This document shows positions 1 through 10,094 of a stretch of DNA of 64,000 bases, piece by piece (within the stretch, counting starts at the first letter, position 1; each line of letters opens with the position of its first letter). The notes beneath the pieces were generated by a model, which did not search any database, had not been told where the DNA came from, and saw only the letters and a program-made list of their open reading frames with translations. Made by a program: the position numbers and the translations under genes. Location: positions 27,146-91,145 of the forward strand of contig JAAEOK010000060.1 in NCBI GenBank assembly GCA_024244705.1, given 5' to 3'. This DNA is from Alphaproteobacteria bacterium (GTDB lineage Bacteria > Pseudomonadota > Alphaproteobacteria > JAAEOK01).

Positions 1-317
1 ATTCTGTTTTGGTTACCATCGATGCTCGCCACGAGGACGATCAGGTCCGTCTGCTGGCTCAGGGCTTCGAATCCCTGGATCATGCCGCGGCTCGCACCGC
101 CGCCGGTCTCGTCGTTTACCTCGACGATGAAGCGGTGCTGCCCAACCTGGCCAGCGTGATCGACCGACAGGAGCCGGGTCGCGGTCGTGTCCACCTAATC
201 CTCGATGCCGAGGGACGGGAAGTCGATCTGTTGTTGGAAAACACCTATCAGATCTCCGCCGCGACGCGGGCGGCGATTAAGTCGATACCTGGAATCGTCG
301 AGGTTCGCGATATCTAG
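1..317 (+). CDS. 3' fragment of a gene whose 5' end lies outside the window; the C-terminal ~100 aa look like an ACT/regulatory beta-alpha-beta domain (...IPGIVEVRDI*), possibly GlnD- or RelA/SpoT-like
   Basis: ORF 9..317 in frame to the window edge; stop TAG 315-317; followed immediately by a GC hairpin plus T-run. Confidence 0.35.
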   Translation, partial: SVLVTIDARHEDDQVRLLAQGFESLDHAAARTAAGLVVYLDDEAVLPNLASVIDRQEPGRGRVHLILDAEGREVDLLLENTYQISAATRAAIKSIPGIVEVRDI

Positions 318-343
318 CCGCCCGCCGAGCGGCGGCTTTCTCC
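317..343 (+). terminator. Rho-independent terminator candidate (stem GCCGCC/GGCGGC, then TTTCTCC)
   Basis: 6-bp GC stem 317-322 / 331-336 with 8-nt loop, T-rich tail 337-343, directly after the stop codon. Confidence 0.5.
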
Positions 344-498
344 TTGCAAATCGGCCCCCCAAGGGCTAACAAACGCGCCACTGAAATCTCACGCGGGATT
401 TGCGGCCAGCGGAGTCTAGTCCGTGCGGTCGATCCGGTGGCCGGGTGCGCCCGGTCCATGACGTCCCGCGGCGGCCAAACCGGAGAAAGGAACCGATT

Positions 499-1440
499 AT
501 GGCAGTGCCGACCGTTTCTATGCGCGAGCTTCTTGAGGCTGGCGTACATTTTGGGCACCACACCCGCCGCTGGAACCCGAAAATGGAGCCGTTCATTTTT
601 GGCGTTCGCAACAAAGTCCACATACTCGACCTCAGACAAACCGTGCCGATGCTGCAGCGCGGTCTCGATGCGGTCCGCGACGTCGTCTCGAACGGCGGCC
701 GTGTTCTCTATGTTGGAACCAAGCGGCAAGCCAGCGAGCGAATCGCGGAAGCGGCAGAGCGCTGTGGACAATACTATGTCAACCATCGCTGGCTCGGCGG
801 CATGTTGACCAATTGGAAGACGATGTCGAATTCCATTCGGCGTTTGCGTGAGGTCGAGGCCGAATTGCAGGAAGAGGAATCGGGCCGGACCAAAAAGGAA
901 CTCCTGCGCCTGATCCGCGAACGCGACAAGCTCGACCGCGCGTTGGGTGGGATCAAGGACATGGGCGGATTGCCCGATATCCTATTCGTCATTGATACCA
1001 ATAAGGAATCGATCGCCGTTGCCGAAGCGCGGAAGCTGAAGATTCCGGTGATCGCGGTCGTCGACAGCAACTCGGACCCGGAAGGGATCGAATATCCCGT
1101 GCCCGGCAACGACGATTCATTGCGGGCGATCAATCTTTACTGCGATCTGGTGTCGACGGCGGTTCTTGACGGCCTCCAGGAAGAGGCGGCGGCCGGCGGT
1201 GTCGATGTCGGCGAGGCCGAGGAACCGGTCGTCGAGGAACTGGTTGTCGCCCAGGCCGAGGACCAGCCCGCCGCGGCCGCCGGTGACGGCGAGGCCGCCT
1301 CCGGCAACGGGGCCAGCGAGGACGCTGCCGGTGACCCAGCGGCCGCTGAAGCGACGGCCGAGGTTGCCACCGAAACGGCCGCGGAGTCGGCGCCGGACCA
1401 GCCTGCCGTCGAGGAGACCGCGAAGGAAGCACCGGCCTAG
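499..1440 (+). CDS. rpsB: 30S ribosomal protein S2 with ~60-aa acidic Ala/Glu-rich C-terminal extension
   Basis: [29 protein letters not shown]... canonical S2 N-terminus; RBS GAGAAAGGA 8 nt upstream of ATG 499. Confidence 0.95.
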   Translation: MAVPTVSMRELLEAGVHFGHHTRRWNPKMEPFIFGVRNKVHILDLRQTVPMLQRGLDAVRDVVSNGGRVLYVGTKRQASERIAEAAERCGQYYVNHRWLGGMLTNWKTMSNSIRRLREVEAELQEEESGRTKKELLRLIRERDKLDRALGGIKDMGGLPDILFVIDTNKESIAVAEARKLKIPVIAVVDSNSDPEGIEYPVPGNDDSLRAINLYCDLVSTAVLDGLQEEAAAGGVDVGEAEEPVVEELVVAQAEDQPAAAAGDGEAASGNGASEDAAGDPAAAEATAEVATETAAESAPDQPAVEETAKEAPA

Positions 1441-1473
1441 GGCAATTGCCACTCGAATAGGTCCATCCGACCG

Positions 1474-1507
1474 ATATCTGTAGAAATTAATATTATATTA
1501 CAGATAT
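1474..1507. promoter_or_regulatory. Perfect 9-bp inverted repeat ATATCTGTA-N16(all A/T)-TACAGATAT in the rpsB-tsf intergenic region
   Basis: Read directly: atatctgta gaaattaatattatat tacagatat; AT-only spacer in a 60% GC genome. Confidence 0.4.
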
Positions 1508-1540
1508 TTCAGGCGAAAAATTAGTGTGAAAGGTGAAGAA

Positions 1541-2428
1541 ATGGCGGAGATCACGGCCGGCCTTGTAAAGGAATTGCGGCAGCAGACCGGGGCCGGAATG
1601 ATGGATTGCAAGAAGGCGCTGACCGAATCCAGCGGCGATCTTGAGATGGCGGTCGATTGGCTGCGTAAGAAGGGCTTGTCGGCGGCGGCCAAGAAAGCGG
1701 GGCGCGTTGCCGCTGAAGGACTTGTCGCGGCGCTCGTCGATGGTCGTCGGGGTGTCTTGGTGGAAGTCAATTCAGAGACCGATTTCGTCGCCCGGAACGA
1801 AATTTTCCAGGAATTTGTGGCGTCGGTCGCGCAAATCGCGTTGGTGGAGGGTGGCGATCTCGAAAAGATCAAGGTGAGTAATTTTCCGGCCACCGGTCGA
1901 ACGGTCGAAGAAGAGCTGGCCCACCAAATCGCGACGATCGGGGAAAACATGACGTTGCGCCGTGTCGCTTCGGTGTCGGTCGATAGCGGGATCGTGGCGA
2001 GTTATGTCCACAATCAGGCGGCACCCGGACTGGGCAAGATCGGAGTCCTGGTCGGGTTGGAATCGACCGCCGACGAAAAGGCGCTGGCGCTCGTCGGTAA
2101 ACAGCTTGCGATGCATGTTGCGGCGGCCAATCCGCAGGCCATCGAGCGCACGAGCGTAGATTCCGTCGCGCTCGACCGTGAGCGGGAAGTCCTCGCGGAA
2201 CAGGCGCGGGCGTCCGGCAAGCCCGAGGAGATCATCGAGAAAATGGTCGAAGGACGGCTGCGCAAGTTCTACGAGGAAGTGGTGCTTCTCGAACAAACAT
2301 TCGTTGTCGATGGTGAATCCAAGGTGCAGGGGGTTCTCGACGTGGCCGGCGAGGAAGCCGGCGCACCGATCAATGTGGGCGGGTTTGTCCGCTTTGCCCT
2401 CGGCGAAGGCATCGAAAAGCCGGACTAG
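1541..2428 (+). CDS. tsf: Elongation factor Ts
   Basis: [29 protein letters not shown]... EF-Ts UBA-like N-terminus; ATG 1541 preceded by AGGTGAAGAA. Confidence 0.95.
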   Translation: MAEITAGLVKELRQQTGAGMMDCKKALTESSGDLEMAVDWLRKKGLSAAAKKAGRVAAEGLVAALVDGRRGVLVEVNSETDFVARNEIFQEFVASVAQIALVEGGDLEKIKVSNFPATGRTVEEELAHQIATIGENMTLRRVASVSVDSGIVASYVHNQAAPGLGKIGVLVGLESTADEKALALVGKQLAMHVAAANPQAIERTSVDSVALDREREVLAEQARASGKPEEIIEKMVEGRLRKFYEEVVLLEQTFVVDGESKVQGVLDVAGEEAGAPINVGGFVRFALGEGIEKPD

Positions 2429-2504
2429 CGGCCAGCTCGTACTTTTTCATCCCGGCAAGCGGAAAAATACCCATCCGCGCAATAATTTAGTATGATCACC
2501 CCAG

Positions 2505-2529
2505 CGCCGCGCCCCTAACGGGCGCGGCG
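2505..2529 (+). other. 10-bp perfect GC hairpin (CGCCGCGCCC-ctaac-GGGCGCGGCG) with no T-tract, between tsf and pyrH
   Basis: Seen in sequence; could be a partial terminator/attenuator or an RNA processing element. Confidence 0.3.
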
Positions 2530-2561
2530 TGTAATCGTCTGCAACTGATCTCGGATCGTCC

Positions 2562-3287
2562 ATGGAAAGCGCGCCAAGATTTCGCCGCGTTCTTTTGAAG
2601 TTATCGGGTGAAGCGCTATTGGGCACGCGGGAATATGGTTTGTGCGCAAAGACCGTCGATCAGGTCGCAGCGGATATTGCGGCCGTCAGTCAAAGCGGCA
2701 TCGAAGTATGTGTCGTCGTTGGCGGCGGAAATATATTCCGCGGCATCTCCGGTGCGGCGGCGGGGCTGGAACGGGCGAGTGCGGATTACATGGGCATGCT
2801 GGCCACGGTCATCAATTCGTTGGCCCTTCAGAACGCGGTCGAACGCCATGGCATTGCGACCCGAGTGATGTCCGCGATCCGAATGGATACCGTTTGCGAG
2901 CCCTATATCCGGCGGCGCGCCCTGCGCCACTTGGACAAAGGACGTATCGTCATATTCGCCGCCGGGACCGGCAATCCGTTTTTCACGACCGATACCGCGG
3001 CAGCGCTGCGAGCGTCGGAAATGAGCTGCGACGGGCTGTTGAAGGGAACCAAGGTCGATGGCGTCTACAGCGCCGACCCTATGGTGGATAGCGGTGCGGA
3101 AAGATATGATCGGCTGAGCTACATGGATGTGCTGTCACGTGATCTGAAAGTCATGGATACCTCGGCTATCGCGCTGGCACGTGAGAACGGCATTCCGATT
3201 CTGGTGTTTTCAATACAGAATGCTGGGGCTTTTGCCGGGGTCGTCCGCGGCGAGGGGCAATTCACGTATGTCGGCAGCGAGGATTGA
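2562..3287 (+). CDS. pyrH: UMP kinase
   Basis: [28 protein letters not shown] motifs. Confidence 0.95.
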   Translation: MESAPRFRRVLLKLSGEALLGTREYGLCAKTVDQVAADIAAVSQSGIEVCVVVGGGNIFRGISGAAAGLERASADYMGMLATVINSLALQNAVERHGIATRVMSAIRMDTVCEPYIRRRALRHLDKGRIVIFAAGTGNPFFTTDTAAALRASEMSCDGLLKGTKVDGVYSADPMVDSGAERYDRLSYMDVLSRDLKVMDTSAIALARENGIPILVFSIQNAGAFAGVVRGEGQFTYVGSED

Positions 3288-3290
3288 ATC

Positions 3291-3848
3291 GTGGCTAATC
3301 CAGACACCAAGGACCTAAAGCGAAGGATGCAGGGTGCGGTCGACGTGCTAGGGCAGGAATTCGCCGGACTTCGAACCGGGCGCGCGTCGACCAGCCTTCT
3401 CGATCCGTTGACCGTTGATGCATACGGTTCGCAACTACCGCTCAATCAGGCAGGGACCATCGGCGTACCCGAACCACGTATGCTGACAGTGCAAGTTTGG
3501 GACAAGAGCTTGGTCAAGGCCGTCGAATCGGCTATCCGGGAATCCGGGCTCGGGTTGAATCCGCAGTCGGATGGCACGCTGGTCCGGGTTCCGATCCCGG
3601 AACTCAGTGAAGAGCGCCGGGTCGAGCTGACCAAGATCGCCGGCAAATACGCGGAGCAGGGCAGGGTGGCGATAAGAAATGTCCGACGTGATGGTATGGA
3701 GACTCTAAAGCGAATGGAGAAGGATCACGAAATCTCCCAGGACGAACACCGGGCCTGGGCGGACGATATTCAAAAAATGACAGACGACTTCATTCGCCGG
3801 ATCGACGAAGCTTTGGCACATAAAGAAGAAGAGATTATGCAGGTTTGA
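3291..3848 (+). CDS. frr: Ribosome recycling factor
   Basis: 185 aa; RRF-like sequence throughout; GTG start. Confidence 0.93.
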   Translation: MANPDTKDLKRRMQGAVDVLGQEFAGLRTGRASTSLLDPLTVDAYGSQLPLNQAGTIGVPEPRMLTVQVWDKSLVKAVESAIRESGLGLNPQSDGTLVRVPIPELSEERRVELTKIAGKYAEQGRVAIRNVRRDGMETLKRMEKDHEISQDEHRAWADDIQKMTDDFIRRIDEALAHKEEEIMQV

Positions 3849-3852
3849 GCGG

Positions 3853-4587
3853 ATGGGCGCGCTTCCGTCGAAAATCGAGAACGCCGAGGCTCCTACTCAC
3901 GTTGCCATAATTATGGACGGCAACGGGCGCTGGGCGCGCGCGCGCGGCTTGCCGCGCACCGCCGGTCACAGACGGGGCGCCGAATCGGTGCGACGCGCGG
4001 TCGAAACCGCGCGCACGATCGGAATTTCGTACCTTACGCTCTACGGCTTTTCATCCGAGAACTGGAAACGCCCACCGAATGAGGTCGACGACCTGATGGG
4101 CCTTCTGCGTCTTTATCTCCGGAGTGAGATCAAGGATTTAAGCCGCAACAGTGTCCGCGTGCGGGTCATCGGCGATCGAGGGAAACTGCCCACCGACATC
4201 GTGGATCTCATCGAGGACGCCGAGCAGACCACTGTCGGAAACAGTGCGCTGACATTGATCGTCGCGCTGAGTTATGGCGCACGGGCTGAAATCACCGCCG
4301 CCGCTCGTTGCGTGGCCCGCAAGGTCAAGAGCGGCGAGCTGGAACCGAACGATGTCGACGAGCATGTATTCGAGCGCTTCTTGTCGACCGATGGAATTCC
4401 CGATCCGGATCTCTTGATTCGCACCAGCGGTGAACAACGCCTCAGCAATTTCCTGCTGTGGCAATGCGCGTACGCCGAACTGGTCTTCGTCGATACGCTA
4501 TGGCCCGATTTCACTCGTGACGATTTCGAAGACGCGATCGATGAGTTTCGGCGTCGAGAACGCCGCTATGGCACAGCGGCAACCTAG
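3853..4587 (+). CDS. uppS: Undecaprenyl diphosphate synthase
   Basis: HVAIIMDGNGRWA and YGFSSENWKRP motifs. Confidence 0.95.
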   Translation: MGALPSKIENAEAPTHVAIIMDGNGRWARARGLPRTAGHRRGAESVRRAVETARTIGISYLTLYGFSSENWKRPPNEVDDLMGLLRLYLRSEIKDLSRNSVRVRVIGDRGKLPTDIVDLIEDAEQTTVGNSALTLIVALSYGARAEITAAARCVARKVKSGELEPNDVDEHVFERFLSTDGIPDPDLLIRTSGEQRLSNFLLWQCAYAELVFVDTLWPDFTRDDFEDAIDEFRRRERRYGTAAT

Positions 4588-5392
4588 GCGCCGACGGATG
4601 ACGAGACTACGCACGCTCTCCGCCCTTGTGCTCGCTCCGGTCACGCTGGCGGCGGTCTATGCCGGAAGTCCGGTATTTGATCTATTGGTCATCACAGCAG
4701 GCGTGATTATGGCCTGGGAATGGACGCGATTGACAGGAAACGGACGATTCGGTTTCGCCGGCGCGACCCTGATTGCCGTCATCTTTGTCGATATCCTGAT
4801 AGTCGCAGTTGGATGGCCGATCGCGGTGATTCCGATTGCGATTGGCGGTGCAGTCATTACCGCCGGAGTCGCGAACTGGGAAGGCAGCGAGCGACCGATT
4901 TGGATGGGTGCTGGCGCCCTCTATGTTGGCCTTCCGTCGGCCGCCTTGCTTTGGTTGCGTGATTATTCGGGCGACGGGCTGGTGATCGTGATATGGCTCC
5001 TCGTTGTGGTCTGGGCGACCGATATCGGAGCCTATTTCGCCGGGCGTACCATTGGCGGACCGAAGCTCGCCCCCGCCATCAGCCCCAACAAGACATGGGC
5101 CGGATTGGCGGGCGGAGTGTTGTTGGCGGGAGCGACCGGTGCTGTCATTGCGGGCCTTGTTGATGTAACCAATGCGACCATACCTGCGGTGGTTGGCGGC
5201 CTTATGGCCATCGTCGCTCAAGCGGGAGATCTTGTTGAGTCGAAGATAAAACGCATTTTCGGTGTCAAGGATACGAGCAATCTCATACCAGGGCACGGCG
5301 GATTGTTGGACCGACTCGACGGCGTTGTGGCCGTGGCACCGACGTTGGTCTTTATCAATTGGATTTGGGGAGGCGAAATCCTGACATGGTAG
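4568..5392 (+). CDS. cdsA: Phosphatidate cytidylyltransferase (start ATG 4568, or alternatively 4598)
   Basis: Multi-TM protein; C-terminal GHGGLLDRLDG signature. Confidence 0.88.
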   Translation: MAQRQPRRRRMTRLRTLSALVLAPVTLAAVYAGSPVFDLLVITAGVIMAWEWTRLTGNGRFGFAGATLIAVIFVDILIVAVGWPIAVIPIAIGGAVITAGVANWEGSERPIWMGAGALYVGLPSAALLWLRDYSGDGLVIVIWLLVVVWATDIGAYFAGRTIGGPKLAPAISPNKTWAGLAGGVLLAGATGAVIAGLVDVTNATIPAVVGGLMAIVAQAGDLVESKIKRIFGVKDTSNLIPGHGGLLDRLDGVVAVAPTLVFINWIWGGEILTW

Positions 5393-6615
5393 TTGGATCA
5401 AATGAGTCGGCGGCCAGCGGCGCGCGCAGTGTGACGATCCTTGGATCGACCGGTTCGATCGGAACCAATACCATTGACCTGATCGAGAATGGTGAAGGTT
5501 GCTATAGGATCGCCGCGCTGACCGCCCATCAAAGCGCGGAGACCCTGGTCGAGCAAGCGCGTCGACTCAAGCCCGAGATTGCGGTCATTGCTGATCCGGC
5601 GAAATACTCCGCTCTGAAGGAGGGACTGGCCGGTACCGACATCGAGATTGCCGCGGGACCCGAAGCGCTTGTCGAAGCCGCGCAACGCCCCAGCGACTTC
5701 GTCATGGCCGGAATCGTCGGATACGCGGGCTTGGCCCCGACTCTCGCCGCAGTTCGCCGCGGCGTGACAGTGGGCTTGGCAAACAAAGAGTGCCTGGTCT
5801 GCGCCGGCGATATCGTCATGGCTGAAGTAGAACAGGCGAATGGGACGCTATTGCCGGTGGACTCGGAACACAGCGCCATTTTTCAGGTATTTGAATTCGA
5901 TCAGGCGCATACCGTTTCGCGCGTGATTTTGACGGCATCAGGCGGGCCGTTTCTAAATCGGGCACGCGTCGAATTGACAAACGTCACTCCGGCGCAAGCG
6001 GTGGCGCATCCAAATTGGGATATGGGCGCAAAAATATCGGTTGATTCGGCGACCATGATGAACAAGGGTCTCGAAGTCATAGAGGCCCACCACTTGTTTC
6101 CGGTGGAGGACGAGAAGATCGAAATCGTTGTCCACCCACAATCCGTCATCCATAGCATGGTCGAATATGTCGACGGTTCCGTCCTGGCCCAACTTGGGAC
6201 GCCGGATATGCGAACGCCTATAGCCTATGCACTCGGATGGCCCAGTCGCATTTCGTCACCATCGGCGAAGATCGATTTCATGGCCGCCGGTGATTTGACC
6301 TTTCAGGCGCCGGACGACGAAAAATTTCCCGCCATAAGGTTGGCGCGAACAGCGCTCGAAGCGGGAGGGAGCATGCCGGTCACACTCAATGCTGCAAACG
6401 AAATAGCGGTGCGGGCGTTCTTGGATGGCGAAATTGGCTTCCTTGATATAACCGACGTTATTGACGCGACGCTCGACAATTCATCGAATACGGCACTCGA
6501 TTCGCTGGATACGGTCGTGGCAATGGACATCGAAGGACGGCGGCTCGCGACGGAACAGGTGAAGCGAATTTCAAATTCCGAATTCAATGGTTTGAGGAGC
6601 GCGGTATCGCAGTGA
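5386..6615 (+). CDS. dxr: 1-deoxy-D-xylulose 5-phosphate reductoisomerase
   Basis: SVTILGSTGSIGTNTIDLI NADPH-binding N-terminus; DSEHSAIFQ; 7-bp overlap with cdsA. Confidence 0.95.
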   Translation: MVVGSNESAASGARSVTILGSTGSIGTNTIDLIENGEGCYRIAALTAHQSAETLVEQARRLKPEIAVIADPAKYSALKEGLAGTDIEIAAGPEALVEAAQRPSDFVMAGIVGYAGLAPTLAAVRRGVTVGLANKECLVCAGDIVMAEVEQANGTLLPVDSEHSAIFQVFEFDQAHTVSRVILTASGGPFLNRARVELTNVTPAQAVAHPNWDMGAKISVDSATMMNKGLEVIEAHHLFPVEDEKIEIVVHPQSVIHSMVEYVDGSVLAQLGTPDMRTPIAYALGWPSRISSPSAKIDFMAAGDLTFQAPDDEKFPAIRLARTALEAGGSMPVTLNAANEIAVRAFLDGEIGFLDITDVIDATLDNSSNTALDSLDTVVAMDIEGRRLATEQVKRISNSEFNGLRSAVSQ

Positions 6616-7736
6616 TGGAAATTCTCACAGGAATTTGGGATTACGTCGTTCCCTTCGTGGTCGTTCTTACCGTGCTCGTCTACGTTCATGAAATGGGACA
6701 TTACCTGATCGCACGCCTCAACGGCGTGCGCGTCGAGGCATTCTCGATCGGCTTTGGCCCGGAATTGTTTGGCTGGACAAACCGCCATGAAACGCGGTGG
6801 AAGATCTGTGCGGTGCCCCTCGGCGGCTACGTTAAGATGTTCGGGGATAAGGACGGTTCAAGCGCACCGGATGCCGAATCTATCGCCGAGATGACGGCGC
6901 ACGAAAAGACTGTGTCTTTTTATCACAAACGGCTGTCGCAACGGACCGCGATCGTGGCTGCGGGACCAATCGCCAATTTCCTCTTTGCGATCGTTGTCTT
7001 CACCGGATTCTATATGACCTACGGTCAGCCCTCGACCGTTCCTGAAGTGGCCGCCGTCGTACCGGAAAGCGCCGCCGACCGCGGCGGCCTCAGCGTCGGT
7101 GACCTTATCGTCGATATCAACGGTCGAACCATCGATCGCTTCGAAGACGTCCAACTTCTCGTCCAATCCGGCCTCGGTTCGTCCGTGGATATAACTGTCG
7201 TCCGTGACGGCAAAGAAATGTCGCTCGTGGTTTTGCCGGAGGTGATCGACATTGTCGACCGTTTTGGCAACAAGGGACAGATTGGTAGGTTGGGGATTCG
7301 TAGCTCAAAGGTCGCAATGGAACCCCGCGATAACCCGTTCGATGCGCTTTGGCACGCGACGCTGTCGACCTATGACTACACGATGGTCACCCTCAGGGCG
7401 ATCGGCCAGTTCATTTCAGGCGCCCGATCGACCAAGGAGATGGCCGGACCGATCGGTATTGCGAAATTGTCCGGAGATATGGCGTCCAATGGTATTAGCG
7501 GCATGTTGCTGTTCATGGCCATTCTGTCGATCAATCTCGGTCTCATCAATCTGTTCCCAGTTCCGGTCTTGGACGGCGGTCATTTGCTGTTCTATTTGTT
7601 CGAGGCGGTACGAGGCCGCCCGCTCGGGCAAAAGGCACAGGAATACGGTTTTCGGTTCGGCCTCGGTCTGGTCCTATTGCTGATGATCTTCGTGACGTGG
7701 AACGACTTGGTGAATATCGTTAGCCGCCTCGTTTAG
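6612..7736 (+). CDS. rseP: RIP zinc metalloprotease RseP (site-2 protease) with PDZ domain; the start may be ATG 6615
   Basis: HEMGHYLIAR zinc motif, PDZ region, LDGGH motif. Confidence 0.9.
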   Translation: MMEILTGIWDYVVPFVVVLTVLVYVHEMGHYLIARLNGVRVEAFSIGFGPELFGWTNRHETRWKICAVPLGGYVKMFGDKDGSSAPDAESIAEMTAHEKTVSFYHKRLSQRTAIVAAGPIANFLFAIVVFTGFYMTYGQPSTVPEVAAVVPESAADRGGLSVGDLIVDINGRTIDRFEDVQLLVQSGLGSSVDITVVRDGKEMSLVVLPEVIDIVDRFGNKGQIGRLGIRSSKVAMEPRDNPFDALWHATLSTYDYTMVTLRAIGQFISGARSTKEMAGPIGIAKLSGDMASNGISGMLLFMAILSINLGLINLFPVPVLDGGHLLFYLFEAVRGRPLGQKAQEYGFRFGLGLVLLLMIFVTWNDLVNIVSRLV

Positions 7737-7767
7737 GCATCACGCAAAGTTGTAGTTCTGAATCGGT

Positions 7768-10083
7768 ATGGGAGGCGTTGTGCGAACAAAATTGGGGTCA
7801 CTGCTTATCGCCGCCGGTTTTATTTGGGCGCTGTTGGCGTCGGGACTGGCGACAGCTGGTGTCGCTACCGATGAATCGACGCGTATCGATATCGTCGAGG
7901 CGATCCGGATTGAGGGCGCGCAGCGGATTGAGAACGAAACCGTACTCTCATACATGGTCATTCGACCCGGCGATCCCTTCGACCCCTCGCGTATGGACCG
8001 CTCGCTCAAGAGCCTTTTTGCCACCGGATTGTTTTCCGATGTGACGCTCCGTCGAGAGGTCAATATTCTCGTCGTTCGCGTCGTCGAGAATCCGGTGATC
8101 AACCGCATTGCCTTTGAAGGTAACCGCAAGCTTTCCAACGATGATCTCTCAGCCGAGGTGCAACTCCGCCCGCGCGTCGTTTACACCAGAACGAAAGTTC
8201 AAAACGACGTCCGCAGAATTCTCGATCTGTATAAACGTAATGGCCGGTTCGGGGCCACGGTAGAACCCAAGGCCATTACCCTTCCGCAGAATCGCGTCGA
8301 CCTTATTTTTGAAATCAACGAGGGCGACACCACGGATATCGAACGGATCGTATTCATCGGCAACAAGCACTTCTCCGACGCCGAGCTGCGTGAGGTGATC
8401 ATCACCAGTGAATCGCAATGGTGGAATATCCTCAATAGCAATGACACCTACGATCCCGACCGGCTGACCTTTGATCGCGAACTTTTACGACGCTTCTATC
8501 TCTCGAAGGGCTATGCCGATTTCCGAATTATTTCGGCGGTTGCCGAGCTTTCGCCCGACCGCTCCGGGTTCTACATCACGTTCACCGTCGATGAAGGCGA
8601 ACGGTACAAATTCGGCAAGGGCGAGATAGTCAGCAATATCAAGAATTTGCCGCCGGAAGCATTGTTGGACAGCATCACCTTTGACGAGGGCGATTGGTAC
8701 AATGCGGAGGAGATCGAAAAGACCATCAATGCACTGACCGATGAGGTTGGCGTGCTGGGCTTCGCATTCGTCGAGATTCGCCCCGATGTCACGCGAGACC
8801 CCGATATCAGGACGATCTCGATAACGTTCATTATCCGGGAAGGGCCGCGTGTTTTCGTCGAGCGCATCGACATCATCGGCAACACGCGTACGCTCGACTA
8901 TGTGATCCGTCGGGAAATCCAATTGGTGGAGGGCGACGCCTTCAATACCCAAAAGGTCCAGCTAAGCCGACGGCGCATGGAGAACCTGAACTTTTTCGAG
9001 TCGGTGGAGATCGAAAATCTTCCCGGCACCGATGCGGATAAGACCATTCTCCAAGTCTCCGTTGTCGAGCAACCAACCGGCGAGCTGTCCCTGGGCGCCG
9101 GATTTTCGACGGACGAGGGACCTTTGGCCACGGTCGGGATTAGCGAGCGAAATTTCCTCGGGCGGGGCCAAGCGCTGAGGGCGAATTTCTCGATTTCAGG
9201 GCGCACCCAACAGGTCGATTTTGGTTTCACCCAACCTTATTTCCTTGGCTACAACATGGTGGCCGGGATTGACATCTTCCGCCTTGCCACGGACCTCGGT
9301 GACAACAATACGTTCTCGCAGGAATCGACTGGCGCCAACGTACGTGTCGGATACGAAATTACCGAGTCGCTGTCGCAATCATGGCGGTACACCTATCGGA
9401 CGGACAACATCACGGATGTTCAGCCGAATGCCTCGACGATCATCATGGAGCAGGAGGGGCGGACACAAACGTCCTCAATTTTCACCGAATTGACATACGA
9501 CAAGCGCAACAACCGGCAGTTCCCCACCGAAGGCTATTTCATCACGTTTGGAACGCAATACGCGGGACCCGGGGGATCGGAGTATTTTCTGAAACTGACG
9601 ACAAGCGGCGGCTATTACTTGCCGATTGCGGACGGCTGGAACATCGTCCTCTCCGGTGAAGCCGGAGCGGTCTCCGGCCTGAACAACAAGGACGTCAACA
9701 TCCAGACCCGGTTCTTCGTCGGCGGTAACGAATTGCGTGGCTTTTCGACATCGGGCATCGGCCCGAGGGATCCGGCATCCAACGACTCTCTGGGCGGCAA
9801 CTACTTTTATACCGGCACCGTGGAATTGGGTTTCCCGCTCGGGCTGCCGGAAAGCCTTGGCGTCGAAGGCAAGATCTTTACCGATTTCGGCAGCCTGTGG
9901 GGCATCGACAATCCGGACAATGATCCCATCCTCGATTCCAGTTCCCTACGGGCGTCGGTCGGTGTCGGTCTGCAGATCACCACGCCGTTCGGTCCGGTCC
10001 GCGTTGATTTAGCGCAAGCGTTGCTCAAGGAAAGTTTCGACGAAACCCAGGTGATTCATTTCTCCTTTGGCACGACATTCTAG
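7768..10083 (+). CDS. bamA: Outer membrane protein assembly factor BamA
   Basis: 771 aa; signal peptide; POTRA repeats; C-terminal beta-barrel ending ...FSFGTTF. Confidence 0.95.
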   Translation: MGGVVRTKLGSLLIAAGFIWALLASGLATAGVATDESTRIDIVEAIRIEGAQRIENETVLSYMVIRPGDPFDPSRMDRSLKSLFATGLFSDVTLRREVNILVVRVVENPVINRIAFEGNRKLSNDDLSAEVQLRPRVVYTRTKVQNDVRRILDLYKRNGRFGATVEPKAITLPQNRVDLIFEINEGDTTDIERIVFIGNKHFSDAELREVIITSESQWWNILNSNDTYDPDRLTFDRELLRRFYLSKGYADFRIISAVAELSPDRSGFYITFTVDEGERYKFGKGEIVSNIKNLPPEALLDSITFDEGDWYNAEEIEKTINALTDEVGVLGFAFVEIRPDVTRDPDIRTISITFIIREGPRVFVERIDIIGNTRTLDYVIRREIQLVEGDAFNTQKVQLSRRRMENLNFFESVEIENLPGTDADKTILQVSVVEQPTGELSLGAGFSTDEGPLATVGISERNFLGRGQALRANFSISGRTQQVDFGFTQPYFLGYNMVAGIDIFRLATDLGDNNTFSQESTGANVRVGYEITESLSQSWRYTYRTDNITDVQPNASTIIMEQEGRTQTSSIFTELTYDKRNNRQFPTEGYFITFGTQYAGPGGSEYFLKLTTSGGYYLPIADGWNIVLSGEAGAVSGLNNKDVNIQTRFFVGGNELRGFSTSGIGPRDPASNDSLGGNYFYTGTVELGFPLGLPESLGVEGKIFTDFGSLWGIDNPDNDPILDSSSLRASVGVGLQITTPFGPVRVDLAQALLKESFDETQVIHFSFGTTF

Positions 10084-10094
10084 GGGATCGGTTT

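Noticed and set aside
1130-1432. Arg/Pro-rich 100-aa minus-strand ORF opposite the rpsB tail
   Set aside because: It is the mirror-image artefact of the GC-rich Ala/Glu codon repeats in rpsB.
8485-8952. 155-aa minus-strand ORF inside bamA
   Set aside because: It is antisense to a confident essential gene and has no motifs.
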